A DNA stretch of 64,000 bases from Heteronotia binoei (Eukaryota): NCBI RefSeq assembly GCF_032191835.1, contig NC_083237.1:21762001-21826000 (forward strand). Reading direction: 5' to 3'. Below, one piece after another: positions 36,185-48,562 of the stretch (position 1 is the stretch's first letter; every line of letters begins with the position of its first letter). A program made the translations under genes and the position numbers. The notes under the pieces were generated by a model. That model was not told where the DNA came from. It did no database searches and saw only the letters and a program-made list of their open reading frames with translations.

Positions 36185-38340
36185 CTATGCTTTCTCAGAC
36201 ACTTGTAGGATAGCAGTTGTCTCTGCCCAGGGGCTGAGAGCAGTTACTGATTCACCCTCTTCCGAATGCATCTGTTTCTGGTGACGGGTGAACTGGGGCT
36301 TGTAACGGAAAGCTTTCCCGCAGACCAGGCACTCGTATGGCTTCTCTCCGGTGTGAATTCTCTGGTGTTTGATGAGGTTGGAACTCACGCAGAAGCTCTT
36401 CCCGCAATCTGCACACTTGTAGGGCTTCTCGCCAGTGTGGATTCTCTGGTGTTCGATGAGGATGGAGCTCTGGGAGAAGCACTTCCCGCACTCCTCGCAC
36501 CGGTAGGGCCGCTCCCCGGTGTGCACCCTGTGGTGGGACACCAGGTGGGTCTTCTTCTTGAAGCATTTCCCACAGAGAGCGCAAGGGAAGGGCTTCTCTC
36601 CCGAATGAGTGCGCTCGTGCTTCAAGAGATTGGAGCTGAGGGAGAAGCGCTTCCCGCAGAGCGCACACGTGTAGGGCTTCTCGCCTGAGTGGGTGCGCAG
36701 GTGCTTGACCAGGTTGGAGGTGCGGCTGAAGGCCTTCCCACACTCTCGGCACGGGAAAGGCGTCTCCCCCGTGTGGGTGCGCTGATGCTCTGTGAGGGTA
36801 GAGCTCCGGCTGAAACCCCGCCCACACTCTGTACACGTGTAAGGCTTCTCACCCGTATGGGTGCGCTGGTGCTCCACCAGGGTGCTGCTGCGGCTGAAGC
36901 TTTTCTCGCACTCGCTGCATGTGAAAGGGCGCTCTCCCGTGTGGATTCTCTGGTGCTCTATCAGGTTGGAACTCTGCGAGAAGCTCTTCCCACAATCAGT
37001 GCAGTAGAAGGGCTTCTCTGGTACACGCCGGGTTGAAGTGGCGGCTGGTGGCTCTTCCAGGATGCCCAGAATGTTGATGTAGCCTCCCAACCCTGGTGCA
37101 TTGGAGCGCCTCCGCCGACGTCTGAATGGTGTGGGAGTCACCTGTGGCTTCTCTGGGCTCTTGCAGGTGTCTTGGAGGGTCTGAGCAGCGCTTTTGAGGG
37201 ATGACGCATTCTCAAGAAATTCTGTTTCCTCCTCCATCATCTCATCATCTGCAAAGAAAAAAATAGCTTTCTCAGAATGACAGGGATCTCCACATTAAAA
37301 ATGCACAAATTTTGTTCCTCACCCTTATCAAGAACCTGAGAATTCCTACGATTGGTTAAATCTCTTGTCCTCCGATTTCAAGGTTCCCTACTTTATTCTG
37401 TTAGGAAGTTAAATGTTAAGCATATGCCCTTCTTGTAAATTTCTGAAAAACAGCAACTGTAACTCATGCCTCCCTGGAAGCCCCACAAGGTGATTTATAC
37501 CAGTCTTTAGCTTCAAATGTGTAAAGAGACTGTGGCTATTCAATATCAAGGAAAAAAATAGTTACACATGTGTAAGTACTGGAACATGTACAGAACCTTA
37601 TTAACGCTACACTTTTAAAATTTTATTTTACTACATTTCTACTCCAACAGGCACCCAAAGCAGCTTACACCATTCCCTGTTCCTCCATTTTTTCCTCACA
37701 ACAATCCTGTGAGGTAAGTTAGGCTGAAAGAATGTGACTGCTCAGTCACTCCGTGAGTTCTCACAGCAGAGCAGGGAACAGAATGTGGGTTGCCCATATC
37801 TTGGTCCGCTATTCTAGCCTGTACACCACACTGGCTCTCACATGTTCCAGAACTGGACACTGGCTCTGAAAACAGGTTTTAAGGTCAGGCCTGGTTTTAA
37901 GCTCAGGCAGTACCTGAGCCCTACATCTGCCACCTGGCACACAACTGAGTATAAAAAAGGACGTTGCTAAATGCTGACAATCTGGGGACATCTCTATGTA
38001 TTCCCTTTCTGTTCTCCCAAGCTGTTCTTCTGAGAAGTCCCAGTTATTTAAAAGCACCAAGCCCTGAAGCAGAATGAATCATACAAAGCTAGGCATATTT
38101 ATTTTCAAGGCTGGTTGGGATTACACAACACGGGCATCCAGGCTGCAGAATATGCCTGAGACGGTCTGAGGGACACAAATTGCAGACATCTGAAAATATT
38201 CATCCTATCAAAGGAAAGGGCATCACACCCATTGGCAGTTCCACTCATTTCTTACCTGGACACACTTTGATGCTTAGAATATCCACTTCCTCAGAGGCCT
38301 GAAGTTCTGGGAGACTTTCACAGCTTTCATTTTGGGCCAT
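36185..38340 (-). CDS. C2H2 zinc-finger gene 2, 382 aa, 9 fingers; exons 38340-38256 and 37248-36185
   Basis: The first coding exon starts TTTTAG|ATGGCC ([10 protein letters not shown]...KVCP) with a G|GTAAGA phase-1 donor that joins the finger exon in frame (1149 nt total). Confidence 0.88.
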
Positions 38341-39649
38341 CTAAAAGACCAAGGCAAACGGTATTGAGTCGAAAACCTGCTTGCGAAAGACGGAGAATCA
38401 AGATTTTATATTCTCTTTCTTTCTAAGAGGCTCTAGGTTGTATGTCAACATGAAAATTATTGCTATACAAACACACACACATGCTGCCCTAAATAACATC
38501 TTTCCAGAATATATAGCCCTTAGAACTCTTAATCCTTTTATACAGATAATTCCAAATCATTAAAATAATTGGATCACAATCACAACCTAAAACTGGCACT
38601 GAGGTAGATGTCAGATAAACAGGACTTAATTTGAGCCTGCAAAGATATAAAACATTAACCAAGCACACCCAGAGCCCTTGATAATCATCACTGTAACTTT
38701 GGCTACTCTAACTTTTAGGGTAATTTTAAAAATTAATTTGTGCTTTTCTCATTTTTTAAAATGAACCTGGACAGACCAAGGAAAAAAAATAGTGCTCTGC
38801 TACAGTACCTTCGCTTGAGCAGGACTGAGTCCCTGAATCTGGCTTCAATGCCAGGACTCAGCCCTAGAACATGGGCGGTTAGTAACTGCATGCTAAATGG
38901 AGTTATACTCTCCTGAGCCCAATAGCTTCAGTGCACCTATTAAAATGTGACAGTTCTGAATTGCGCTGACAGTGTTTCTGGCCATGCAAAGAGTGCCTTT
39001 CCTTTGCTAAATGACATCATTAAGCTCTCCGGCATCTTGGATTAGGGGGAAGTGTTTTCTGGGTCAAAGGGTGTGACTTCCATGCAGGTCTGAATCCACA
39101 AGGAAGTGTGCCAATGGATGAAGATCAGGGTGGAACACTAATTGGATCAAAACGCACTACAACAGGCTATTGCCTCTGCCTGTCACTTTGTTCTGTACAA
39201 CACCTGTAGCAAACAGGCTGCCTGGACTGGCCAGCCCCACAAGTCTGCACAAGACAATAAACTTTCTTAATGTTGGCTGATAGGGGGTGATGTAAAATTG
39301 GAGCTTGTACTTTTTGACAGCACCTCAGAGCACCTGAGTCGCTGCTAGGATGGTGCAGTCTACGTTAGGGAAGGACAAAAACTAGCCAGCTAGGAGCAGA
39401 GCACTGTTACACAGAGAAAAAGAGGCAGGCAGACGGGGTGGGGGGAGAAATTATTTTGTGAGGAAAGTAGAAAGAATTCAGTTCCGATCAGAATTGGCCC
39501 GATTTCTTTCCTCTCCGAGGGGAGAGTCACACGCACCACCTTCATCATGCAGACCACATGCATGGGTGAAAGGACGGAATGGGGCTGGAGAAGCCAGAGA
39601 CAGCGTGGAAGGGTGGGAAAAGAAAAGGCATTCCGAACAAAAGCATGCT

Positions 39650-40200
39650 TTGACACTCTTCCATGCAGCGCAGTTCTAGAAGTGGGGCAGAGTAGGTGGA
39701 GGGAGGGTCATAAATGAACCACAAACCATCCCGCCCCCCACATTTGCAGGGTTCGAAGCTATAGCCAAGCACTCCCCCCACCCCCGTTTCTCTGCACCCC
39801 CCGCTCCCCTTCCCCCGGTCTCTTTTGTCTCCCAGCCGCAAACCAGGTCTAAAGCAGCGCCGCCTCAGCAACGATCGCGGGCCTCGCTGCCCGCCCGCCT
39901 CCCCTCGCGCGCTCCTCACCCGGGGGCCGCAGCTGCTCACCAGGCTTCCCGGCCGGCCCAGACTGCAGGCGCAGGAGACCGTGTGCCCCCAGGAAGGCCG
40001 TCCCCGAGAAACCCCATCCCGGCCTCGGCAGTTCCCCTCGCTCAGGCAAGTACCGGGGTTGCAGCCCTTCCCTTCTGCAGGCTGCAAATCGAAACTGCTG
40101 CGAAGGGAAGAGGCCAGAAACAAGACGCTGGCGTGGGCAGATTTGACTGCGGGCTAGTCGATGGCTGGAAAAACTCGTCCAAGGATTGCACTGTGTATTT
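39650..40200. promoter_or_regulatory. CpG island, probable promoter of ZNF gene 2
   Basis: CpG-rich, with minus-strand donors (GTGAGG after 39920, GTGAGC after 39941) suitable for a non-coding exon 1. Confidence 0.6.
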
Positions 40201-40661
40201 CTCCGGGGTTTCTATATAGACTTTATATTTGACGCGTGTTCAGTAAAAAGTTAGCGTTGCCACTGCCAGTTTCAGATTGAAAATTCCTGGAGATTTTAGG
40301 GAGGGGGATTACAGCCTGGGCGGGTGGGTTTTGAGGAGGGGATGGGCCTCAGTGGGCCATAATGCCATAGAGTATACCATCCCCATGCAGTCGTTTTCTC
40401 CAGGGGAAGTGATCTCTGTTGTCTGGAGATCAGTTGTAATTCTGGGAGATTTCCAGGCTCCACCTAGAAATTGGCAACTGTACAACAGGGAGGAGGTGTG
40501 TCATCCGTCTAGGTAGAAATCACAGGGCTAAAGCTGTACGGGATCGCCCCGGGGGAGCTGCCAATGCACGTTTCCCAAGGATTACAGCTGGGATGTTCCG
40601 TCACTCAAAGTCAGGACATACAAAAACTAAGGACAGTGAGTGCTGATACATGAGTAGCCAT

Positions 40662-41153
40662 TAGGGTTGCCGAGTCCAATTCAAGAAATATCTGGGGATT
40701 TTGGGGGTGGAGCCAGGATGCATTGGGGTGGAGGCAGGAGAAACAAGATAAGCATAACTGAACTCCAAATAGAGTTCTGGCCATCACATTTAAAGGGACC
40801 ATGCTCCTTTTAAATGCCTTCCCTCCATTGGAAATAATGAAGGATGGGGCACCTTCTTTAGAGGCTGCTAGAATTGGACCCCCTATTCCAATCCTTTTGA
40901 AACTTGGAGGGTGTTTTGAGGAGAGGCACCGGATGCTGGGCTGAAAATTTGGTGCCTCTGCCTCAAAAAACAGCCCCCCCGGAACCTCAGTTACCCAAAG
41001 AGCAATTCCCTATTATATCCTATGGGAATCGGTCTCCATAGAGAATAATGGAGAGCCCTGTAGACATTTCCCTCCCCCCCCCTCTTTCGGATGACCCTGG
41101 AGGGGCTCAAAATCGGGGGATGCCCCGCCCCCAATTTGGGATTGGCAACCCTA
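40662..41153 (+). mobile_element. Full-length non-autonomous hAT element
   Basis: TIRs TAGGGTTGCC...TGGCAACCCTA; 8-bp TSD GTAGCCAT/GTAGCTAT. Confidence 0.85.
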
Positions 41154-42148
41154 GTAGCTATAGGGGAAAATGGGGAGCATGCTTGCCAAAGGGAATAGTG
41201 ACGGGCACGCTTGCACATAAGGAAAAATGGTGGGCACACTTGTGCTTGATTTTCCTGTTCAGAGAAACAACAACTAAGGTTTCTAAAACCCTCCATGCCA
41301 GACTCATGTGTTTTCTATCTGCAGTTATTTATTTTAGCCCACCCCCTGGAATTGGAATTAAGGCTTGCAGGTCAGAAGAAATACCGTCCAAGAAGGTATA
41401 ACGTCCTTTACCATTGTAGAGATCGCTCAAGTCAGCCTTTTAGGATCACCACTTCCTTTTGATATATGTATAGACAGCAAGCACGCATCCTCAGCAGGCG
41501 CACTCTCTCACTTTCACGGAAATGACTGACGTATTGTTACCGTTTCCTTGCACATACCGTCGCCTTTCCCGGAGGCGGCCAAAGCAAGAGTAAGGAAAGA
41601 AAGCCACTGACTTCCTGGAAATCGGACTAAACTTCTCCACAACTGACTCTTCAACCACTAGAGAGCAGTATTGGGCGGTTGCTTTTCAGGGCTAAGGGGT
41701 GGGTTGTTTTTTTTGTCATGACGAATGACTGTTTCTTCTCAGGCACCATCCTGCCAATGCATGAGATCAACAGCTTTCCACCTCCCAGGGGAACTTGGCC
41801 TGTCTGAAAAGATCAGGAAAGCTCCCAGTCCGGTCATTCCACAGAATGCGTGAAAGGGAACTGCTCAGGAAGACTTTTTAATGAAGTGAATTAGGTGTAG
41901 TTAATGTCTGTGGAATTTGAAGTAGTGTTCACTGTGTATGTTACTGCTTTTGTTTGGTATTTTTAACATTGTCCTATAATTCTGTAATTGATTGATATTT
42001 CACTGACTTGTTCTCCTATATTTTATTGCGGATTTATTGTCTGTACTGGTTTGCTCTCTAATTATGTTTGTGGGGGGTATGTACTGTGCTTTATTGTTTT
42101 TGGTTCTAATCCACCCTGAGTCTCAACAAGAAAAGCAGACTAGAACTG

Positions 42149-42354
42149 AAGCAAATAAATCCGTGTGCAATTCACTGACTGTAATTGATACCTTCAAATC
42201 TACCATCTCTGCCTGACGAATGCTAAGATTCTTATTAACAGCATTCTAAAGCAAATAAATCCGTGTGTAATTCACTGACTGTAGTTGATACCTTCAAATC
42301 TACCATCTCTGCCTGACTAATGGTAAGATTCTTATTAACAGCATTCTAAGCAAA
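42149..42354. repeat. 100-bp tandem duplication
   Basis: The unit aagcaaataaatccgtgtg...cagcattct starts at 42149 and again at 42249 with few mismatches. Confidence 0.9.
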
Positions 42355-44897
42355 ATTAACCCTCTGAAGCCCCTTGACTTCCACTTGGGATTATATGGTA
42401 TGTCTCACAGATTTTTAAAAATATTGACAGATGTCTTGGGTTCAGTGAGTGTGGAAGTCATCCGGTGTTGGAAAATTCTCGCAACTGGTAAACCTGAATC
42501 TGTCTGATAACCAGAACTGCAATGGGAATCTAGGATCTTGTTTACAGATCTTCAAGGGAAAAGAAGAGTGGATAATCCAATAGTTTTGTGAGTCATAAAC
42601 TGACTTCCTAAAAGGATTATGGCTTGAATCCTATGAACAAGCTCCATGCACATTAGACATACTCTGCTGCAGAACTCACTTCCTTTTTCACTAGCCTCTT
42701 TCACTCTTCCTCTTTCATTTACTTAATGCACACTCCATAGAAGAGGCTGCCTGGCAGACATGGAAGTTTTCTCACAAGATCCAAGTCTATGTGATTAACA
42801 GGGTAATTCTGAACAGGTCTTCTTAAATCCCTACTCAGGTAATTTCAGAGGGGCTTATTCCCAGAAAATGTCCTAAGGATTGCACTGTCATTTGGATCCA
42901 TCCCAGCATCCTATTACTTAAGTTCACACAGTGTGCTAGAAGTGCCCCAAGTCCCTGGTTAGGGATAGGCCAGCCCATAACTTCTCCACTCCTCCACCAG
43001 GGAAGTCCATATACACCTCTTACTTGTTTCCATATCAGAGTTCAGACTTCCTTTGCTCAACGACATGCTCAAGTATTCTGTGACCAGAGCTTCCAGTGTT
43101 GTTATTTTTCATTTTTGTGCACAGGGTGGTGATGATTTGGACTGGAACCACAGCACAACAAGCGAGAAGGATTTAAGCCATGTACCCCACCATTTTCCCT
43201 ATCTGAAATGGCCCCAGAGTGTCACTATTTGCCGCAGTAGGACAAACATTACAGATGTTTTCCAAGAGGACTATTTATAACATGGATTCTCAGGTTCTTT
43301 CAACTATTGCTCTGGTTTTCAGGTAATTGTGTCTTTGTTCCATTTTTTGAAAGGAACTATCCATGCAGGAGAGAAAGACCATCACTCTTTCTCCTGATGG
43401 ATCCACATAAAACCTGCTCACTTGCTAGCACGGGTATGTGTAAGCTCAAATGGAAGAGAGAAGCGGAGGAGAACTGACAAAAATTGTGAAATTCAGCAAT
43501 TGTGAGCTGTTCTTTATAAGGTTTTACACCAGTTTATTACTTGCCCCCCAACCCCAAAAAGGAAAATCTGATGTATTCATCTGAAGGTATTCAAAGCCTG
43601 CATCCAGGAAGCCCCCACAGAGGAAAGAAGTTTCCAACAGGGCACCATGATCCCTGGGAGAATTCTTCTGGATCTCAAATACCAAATCATTCTATTCTAT
43701 TGTCTCACCCAGCAAATAAACTCACATCTCGGAATCACACACACAACTTGTATTAATTAAAAAACATCCAAAAGACATAGCAAGCCTCCAAAGTACAGAA
43801 TTGTCAAGATACTTGTTTCCCAATTTAAAATTATCTATCTGTCTGTCTGTGGTGGGGGGCATTGGCAATATAATCTAATAAAATAGGAAGAGGATTGTGG
43901 GAACATACCAGCAAAGAACAGGAGCAAGAAAGGCCATTAGAACAGAGTCCTGCACGCTGCAGAATCAAGATCAATTGGTCATTATGCCATCTGCATCATG
44001 AAGAAAACCTCATCATGCACACATCGTCCTGATACATTTCTCTTCGTTTTCTGTTCAGTAGCACCACTGAATATTATTCAGAATGGAGGTCAGCACCAAT
44101 GTGGGAATGGCTGAGGCAACCAAGGGAGGTCACAAATGACGAATGTTTGTTTTTCAGGGCACTTAAATTAGCATACTTCATGTGTGTTATTGGGCAACTA
44201 GGGATCTGTTATTTCACTTACTGTTTTGTGCTTTACTGCCTCATTTAATGTGCATTTTATGTCTCATGGATTAAGATGGGTTGCCCCTACTGAAATAGCT
44301 GCTATGATTTGGCAAACAAAGGGAGTGAAAAGGTCTTCTCCTCGGCCTCTTTCACTGGCATAGGCCAATATGGGTCTCTTTGCTTGTCGATCAGACCACA
44401 GTATCTACCAGCGATGGCCAGAAGAAAGAAAAGGGCTTTTTACTGAACAGCTGTTATTTTTGTTTTGCTTTTCTACAACAAGGACTGGTGGGATATTTCT
44501 TATGAAGCTGACAATATGGGCTTGGTAATGTCCTACCAGAGCACCTGGGGAAAGGCTGATCTCTGGGAAATATTAAAACAAAAAAACACCATGGGCCCCT
44601 GGCTCAGAACTTATGTTCTCAAATAGAGGACAAAAATTGTTTCCTGTAGAAGGTTACTACACACCAAGGAAATGCATAGAGAACAGTTAGCTAATCCTGC
44701 CCTACCACCCTCAACTGTTCCTACACTCACAGGGTTGTTCCCACAGGGCCTGCCTGCAGTTACTTCCCCTCAGTAGAAAAAGGACATCTTCCCACAATTT
44801 TCCAGTGTGGGTGGTAAAATGGGTGGGAATCCATGAGATTCCCACATGTTCTGATTTTGGGGTGCCTTGGGAGTAGTGTGACTATCATCTTTACAGC

Positions 44898-47428
44898 TTA
44901 TCTCTCTTCAAGATCTTGAATAAGGAACTTGTTCTTGGCTTTCAAGGCCTCGTACAGCTGATCCTTGCAAGAGCGGTTCCAACTCCGCGTCAGCCTGTAC
45001 AGCTCCCGCATTTTGTCTTGGGTGGTCTCCCGCGAAATGATTCTTTCATACTGATCATCATCCAGGACGCTTCCATGAAGCAGATCCAGAACCGCCTCCA
45101 CGGTGGAAGTCCTCTGGATCAGCTTTTCCCGGTGCTTGTCAATGAAGTGTAACTCCATTGAGCGGGGGTCCCGTGGCCCTGTCAGAGAAAGAACGGAGAT
45201 TTAGGGAAATGGCTTATCAGTTATTTCTTCCTCTCCAGAGCCCTGAGAATCATAGCGTTGTGAGGGGAGGCTAGAGATTCATATGCAGAATTCTTCACAC
45301 CTCACTAAACTACTATTTTCAGGGCTTTTTGGAATGGGAAGGCCATGATGCTTAGAATAGTATGAAATTAATTTGTAATAGGGATAATGTGGCCCAAATG
45401 AATGTGGCAAGAAGGCGTGGGCAGAATGAGACTCAGTGGCTGGTGAACAGCCACACAGTCAGGCTCCTAAACATTAATTGGGGGTGGGGTTGACAGTATC
45501 TGAAGAGACTGGGAGGGCTTACCATAGATTCCTGATGCACCAGAGGAGGACTGCAAAGGCATCTGGACTGAGCCATTTTCACCTGCAAGCGGAAGAGGGA
45601 ACAAGTGAGCACACGTGTGAAACTATAGGAGTGATTCATACTCCAGAATCCTGTCAGAAACACGCTTGAATATTCTGTGTCGTGGCCCATTTAAGCGCAA
45701 TCCCAAATGTGTGAGTCAAATAATCTGCTTAGACAAGAAGAACAGGATAGGAAAAGGGGGCTTTGGAAAGTGCAAAGGACTTCCCAAACTTCAAATCTTT
45801 GGGAAAATTGAAGTTTTTAAAGTCAGGTTCTGTAATTGTTTTACCTTAGGCTCATGGCAATTTGTAGCCTATGATTCTTTGGTGGTTATAGTAAAATCAT
45901 ACTATTTAAGTCCATTTAAACAGCCCCTGGGAGAGGAAATAAGGCAGCAGGAAAGCTGGATGTTGGGAAGCAGCTGTTGGTAGAAAGGGCTCTCAATAAG
46001 TATGAAATAAACCAATTTACATAACGGAGCCTGAGCTGTTTTCTGCTTCTGCTGGAGAGTCCTGTGCCATCCAAAATCTTGACTATATCTCTAATCAACT
46101 ACAGTCAAGGCAAATGTGACAATCACCACAGCCATTTACTGTATTGGTGATTAATGGCTTTTGTGCCAAGCACTGTAGCGCTAAATTCTGGGACGCTTTT
46201 TCAAATAGAGCTCAACATCCTTTGTCGAGAACGCTCCAAGGTGCATATTTTGCACAGTCCTGGTACAGGGATTAACATTTATTCCAGGACCCCAATTAGG
46301 GTAGATCAAAATAGGGTGCCTTGTTAGTCTGTCTGTAGCGGCATAAAAGAGCAAAAGTCCAGTAGCACCTTTAAGACTAGCAACATTTGTGGCAGGGTTT
46401 GTGAGTCACTGCTCACTTCACAAGCAAACCCTGAACTCAGTGCTCTTCAAATAAGGAAATCCAAAGCCAATTTTTTTTAATTCCAAAAAAGTTTAGCCAA
46501 AATGTCTTTAATTGTCTTTCCTTTTAATGTATATTTCTGCAGGAGGCATTTGTGTTCAGTGGAATTATTCGCTCTCCCTTCCCCTCAGCTTCTGCTTTCT
46601 GATGCCCTTTTGCCCAGCCTCTCCCCTTCTAGTTTAAATTTCAAGACAAAGTTTAATCTGATTTCCAGGGGCAATTATTGCCTGACTGCTGGCCAGCACA
46701 ACCACCTGTTTTTTATGACACTCCTGCAGAGGGCAGCTGAATTGGGCAGAAGGGAAACCCTTCATTTCTAAAGGGGGGGGGGGGGAAGTATTGGGTGTTT
46801 AGTGGAAGGTTCAGGGACTGCCTTAAACCAGTGGGGCTACGGGTTTCCCCCCAGCAAATAGTTTTAGTTCACGGAGTTCGTTTACATTAGAAGAACCAGG
46901 CAGTTTCAGGAGATGAAGGGTCAGGCAGGAAACGACTAAACAGGAAAGTGAAAGTAGACCGAGCCATTTCCAGGAACAACCGCTGGGAGGAAAAGGCTTC
47001 TTTGCCCAGTTTTGCCAAGCCGTCCCAAAAGGTTCCTGTGCAGCACCTGCACCGCGTCAGGGAAGGACAGAGAACATTTCTCCCCCCGGCTCCCCCCTCC
47101 CCACCCAGAGGGGGCTGATCAGAGTCAAGCTGACGCCGCCCGTCTCCTTACCGATCCCGGTGACAGAGCGGAGCTTCTCGGCCTCTCGCTTGAGGTGGAT
47201 GCTCTCCAGCACCTGGGCGGCCACCTGCACGGCGTAAGGCTCGGTGTAGTAGCTGAGCAGCAGGTCGCTGAGGTCCAGCACGTCGGCCTTCTGCAGCCGC
47301 CCGCGGGGGATGTTGGCGAAACCCTCCTGCAGCGGGATCTCGTTCAGCTTCCCCTTGAACTTCTTCAGCTGCTCCTCCTCCAGGTCTTCCAGGGCGTCCA
47401 CCAGGTGGTCCCGCACCGTCTTCCCCAT
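44898..47428 (-). CDS. PYCARD: Inflammasome adaptor ASC, 205 aa; exons 47428-47152 (PYD), 45582-45523 (linker), 45178-44898 (CARD)
   Basis: [28 protein letters not shown]...; [18 protein letters not shown]...[14 protein letters not shown]. Three phase-1-joined GT-AG exons total 618 nt. Confidence 0.95.
46944..46976 (+). promoter_or_regulatory. Adjacent ISRE/IRF-E and GAS elements in PYCARD intron 1
   Basis: GAAAGTGAAAGT at 46944-46955 and TTCCAGGAA at 46968-46976. Confidence 0.55.
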
Positions 47429-47850
47429 CGCCGCGGCTCACCGCCCGCTGCAAACAGCGGCGCCACCACCAGCAATGCCTCTTCCTACGACAATGGAGCG
47501 GCGCCGAGAACACCCCCCACCACCAGGGAGGGAGGCTGCGGCGGCTCCGATTGGTGCTGCGGAAGAAGGGGGCGGAGTCAGAGCCCGGAGACCGTCTCGC
47601 TGTCTGCTGAACTCCAGCCCAGACTTGTCGGCTGGCGCTTTCCTTTCCTCTGCAGTTGGAACTTGCAGCGTTTAAGGGTCCGTGGCTGTTGCAAAGACCC
47701 CGAGAGAGAGGCGCTTCTTCGCCCCTAATTCGGACGATTCAGCTGGGGGGAGTGGGGTGGGTGGAGGGCTAGACTGCGGCCCCCTTGGGTGAGTTCAGCA
47801 GGGCTGCTCGGGGGTGGGTGGGGGCTCAGTACCTGATTGACGTGCAGAAG
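47050..47850. promoter_or_regulatory. PYCARD CpG island, possibly bidirectional
   Basis: CpG-rich over exon 1 and upstream; GC box GGGGCGGAG; strong + strand donor GG|GTGAGT at 47788/47789. Confidence 0.65.
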
Positions 47851-48562
47851 GTCCCGGGTTCAATCTCCGAAGTCACCAACGGGGAAACAAAAAAGATATT
47901 CATCTCTGAGTCTTGGAAAGCCGATGCTGCCAGCCGTCGGGTCTTGATAGATTGCAAAATTGCTTAAATGAAGATGTCGGGTTTAGTGGCGGTCGAGCCT
48001 CTGCTTGGCATGCAGAAGGCCCCAGGTCTCCCGTTTAAAGTGAAAGACCTCTGCTCGATACCCCGGTTCAGGAGTCTGAACTGTCTCCCGTTTAAAGTGA
48101 AAGACCTCTGCTCTGCACTGTCTCCCGTTTAAAGTGAAAGACCTCTGCTCGATACCCCGGAGAGCCCTCGGCGGGACACACAATAATTATACTGGCCTTG
48201 TGAGATCAATGGTCTCTGATTCACTAGTCGCGTTCTCAGGTTGCAGTAACCACGCGTAGGTGCAGCATCTGCATGTGCCTGTCTGTTTGTGCCCCCGTAA
48301 GAGTCAAGGCACGCTCAAATTTTGGGAGTGAAGAGGGGAGGGACTTCAAGTGGGGTATGATGCTGTAGTCTGCCATCCATTTTTTCTAGGTGAATTGATC
48401 TCTCTTACCTGGAGACCAATTATAATAGTGGGAATTCTCCAGCCACCACCTGGAGGAGAAAGGTCACTGAAACTTAGGACAACCTCTACCCAAAAGGCCA
48501 CTGTGACCCAAAATAACTACGAACACTGTGCCAATACAACTCGGCATTTTCCTACCCCGGAA

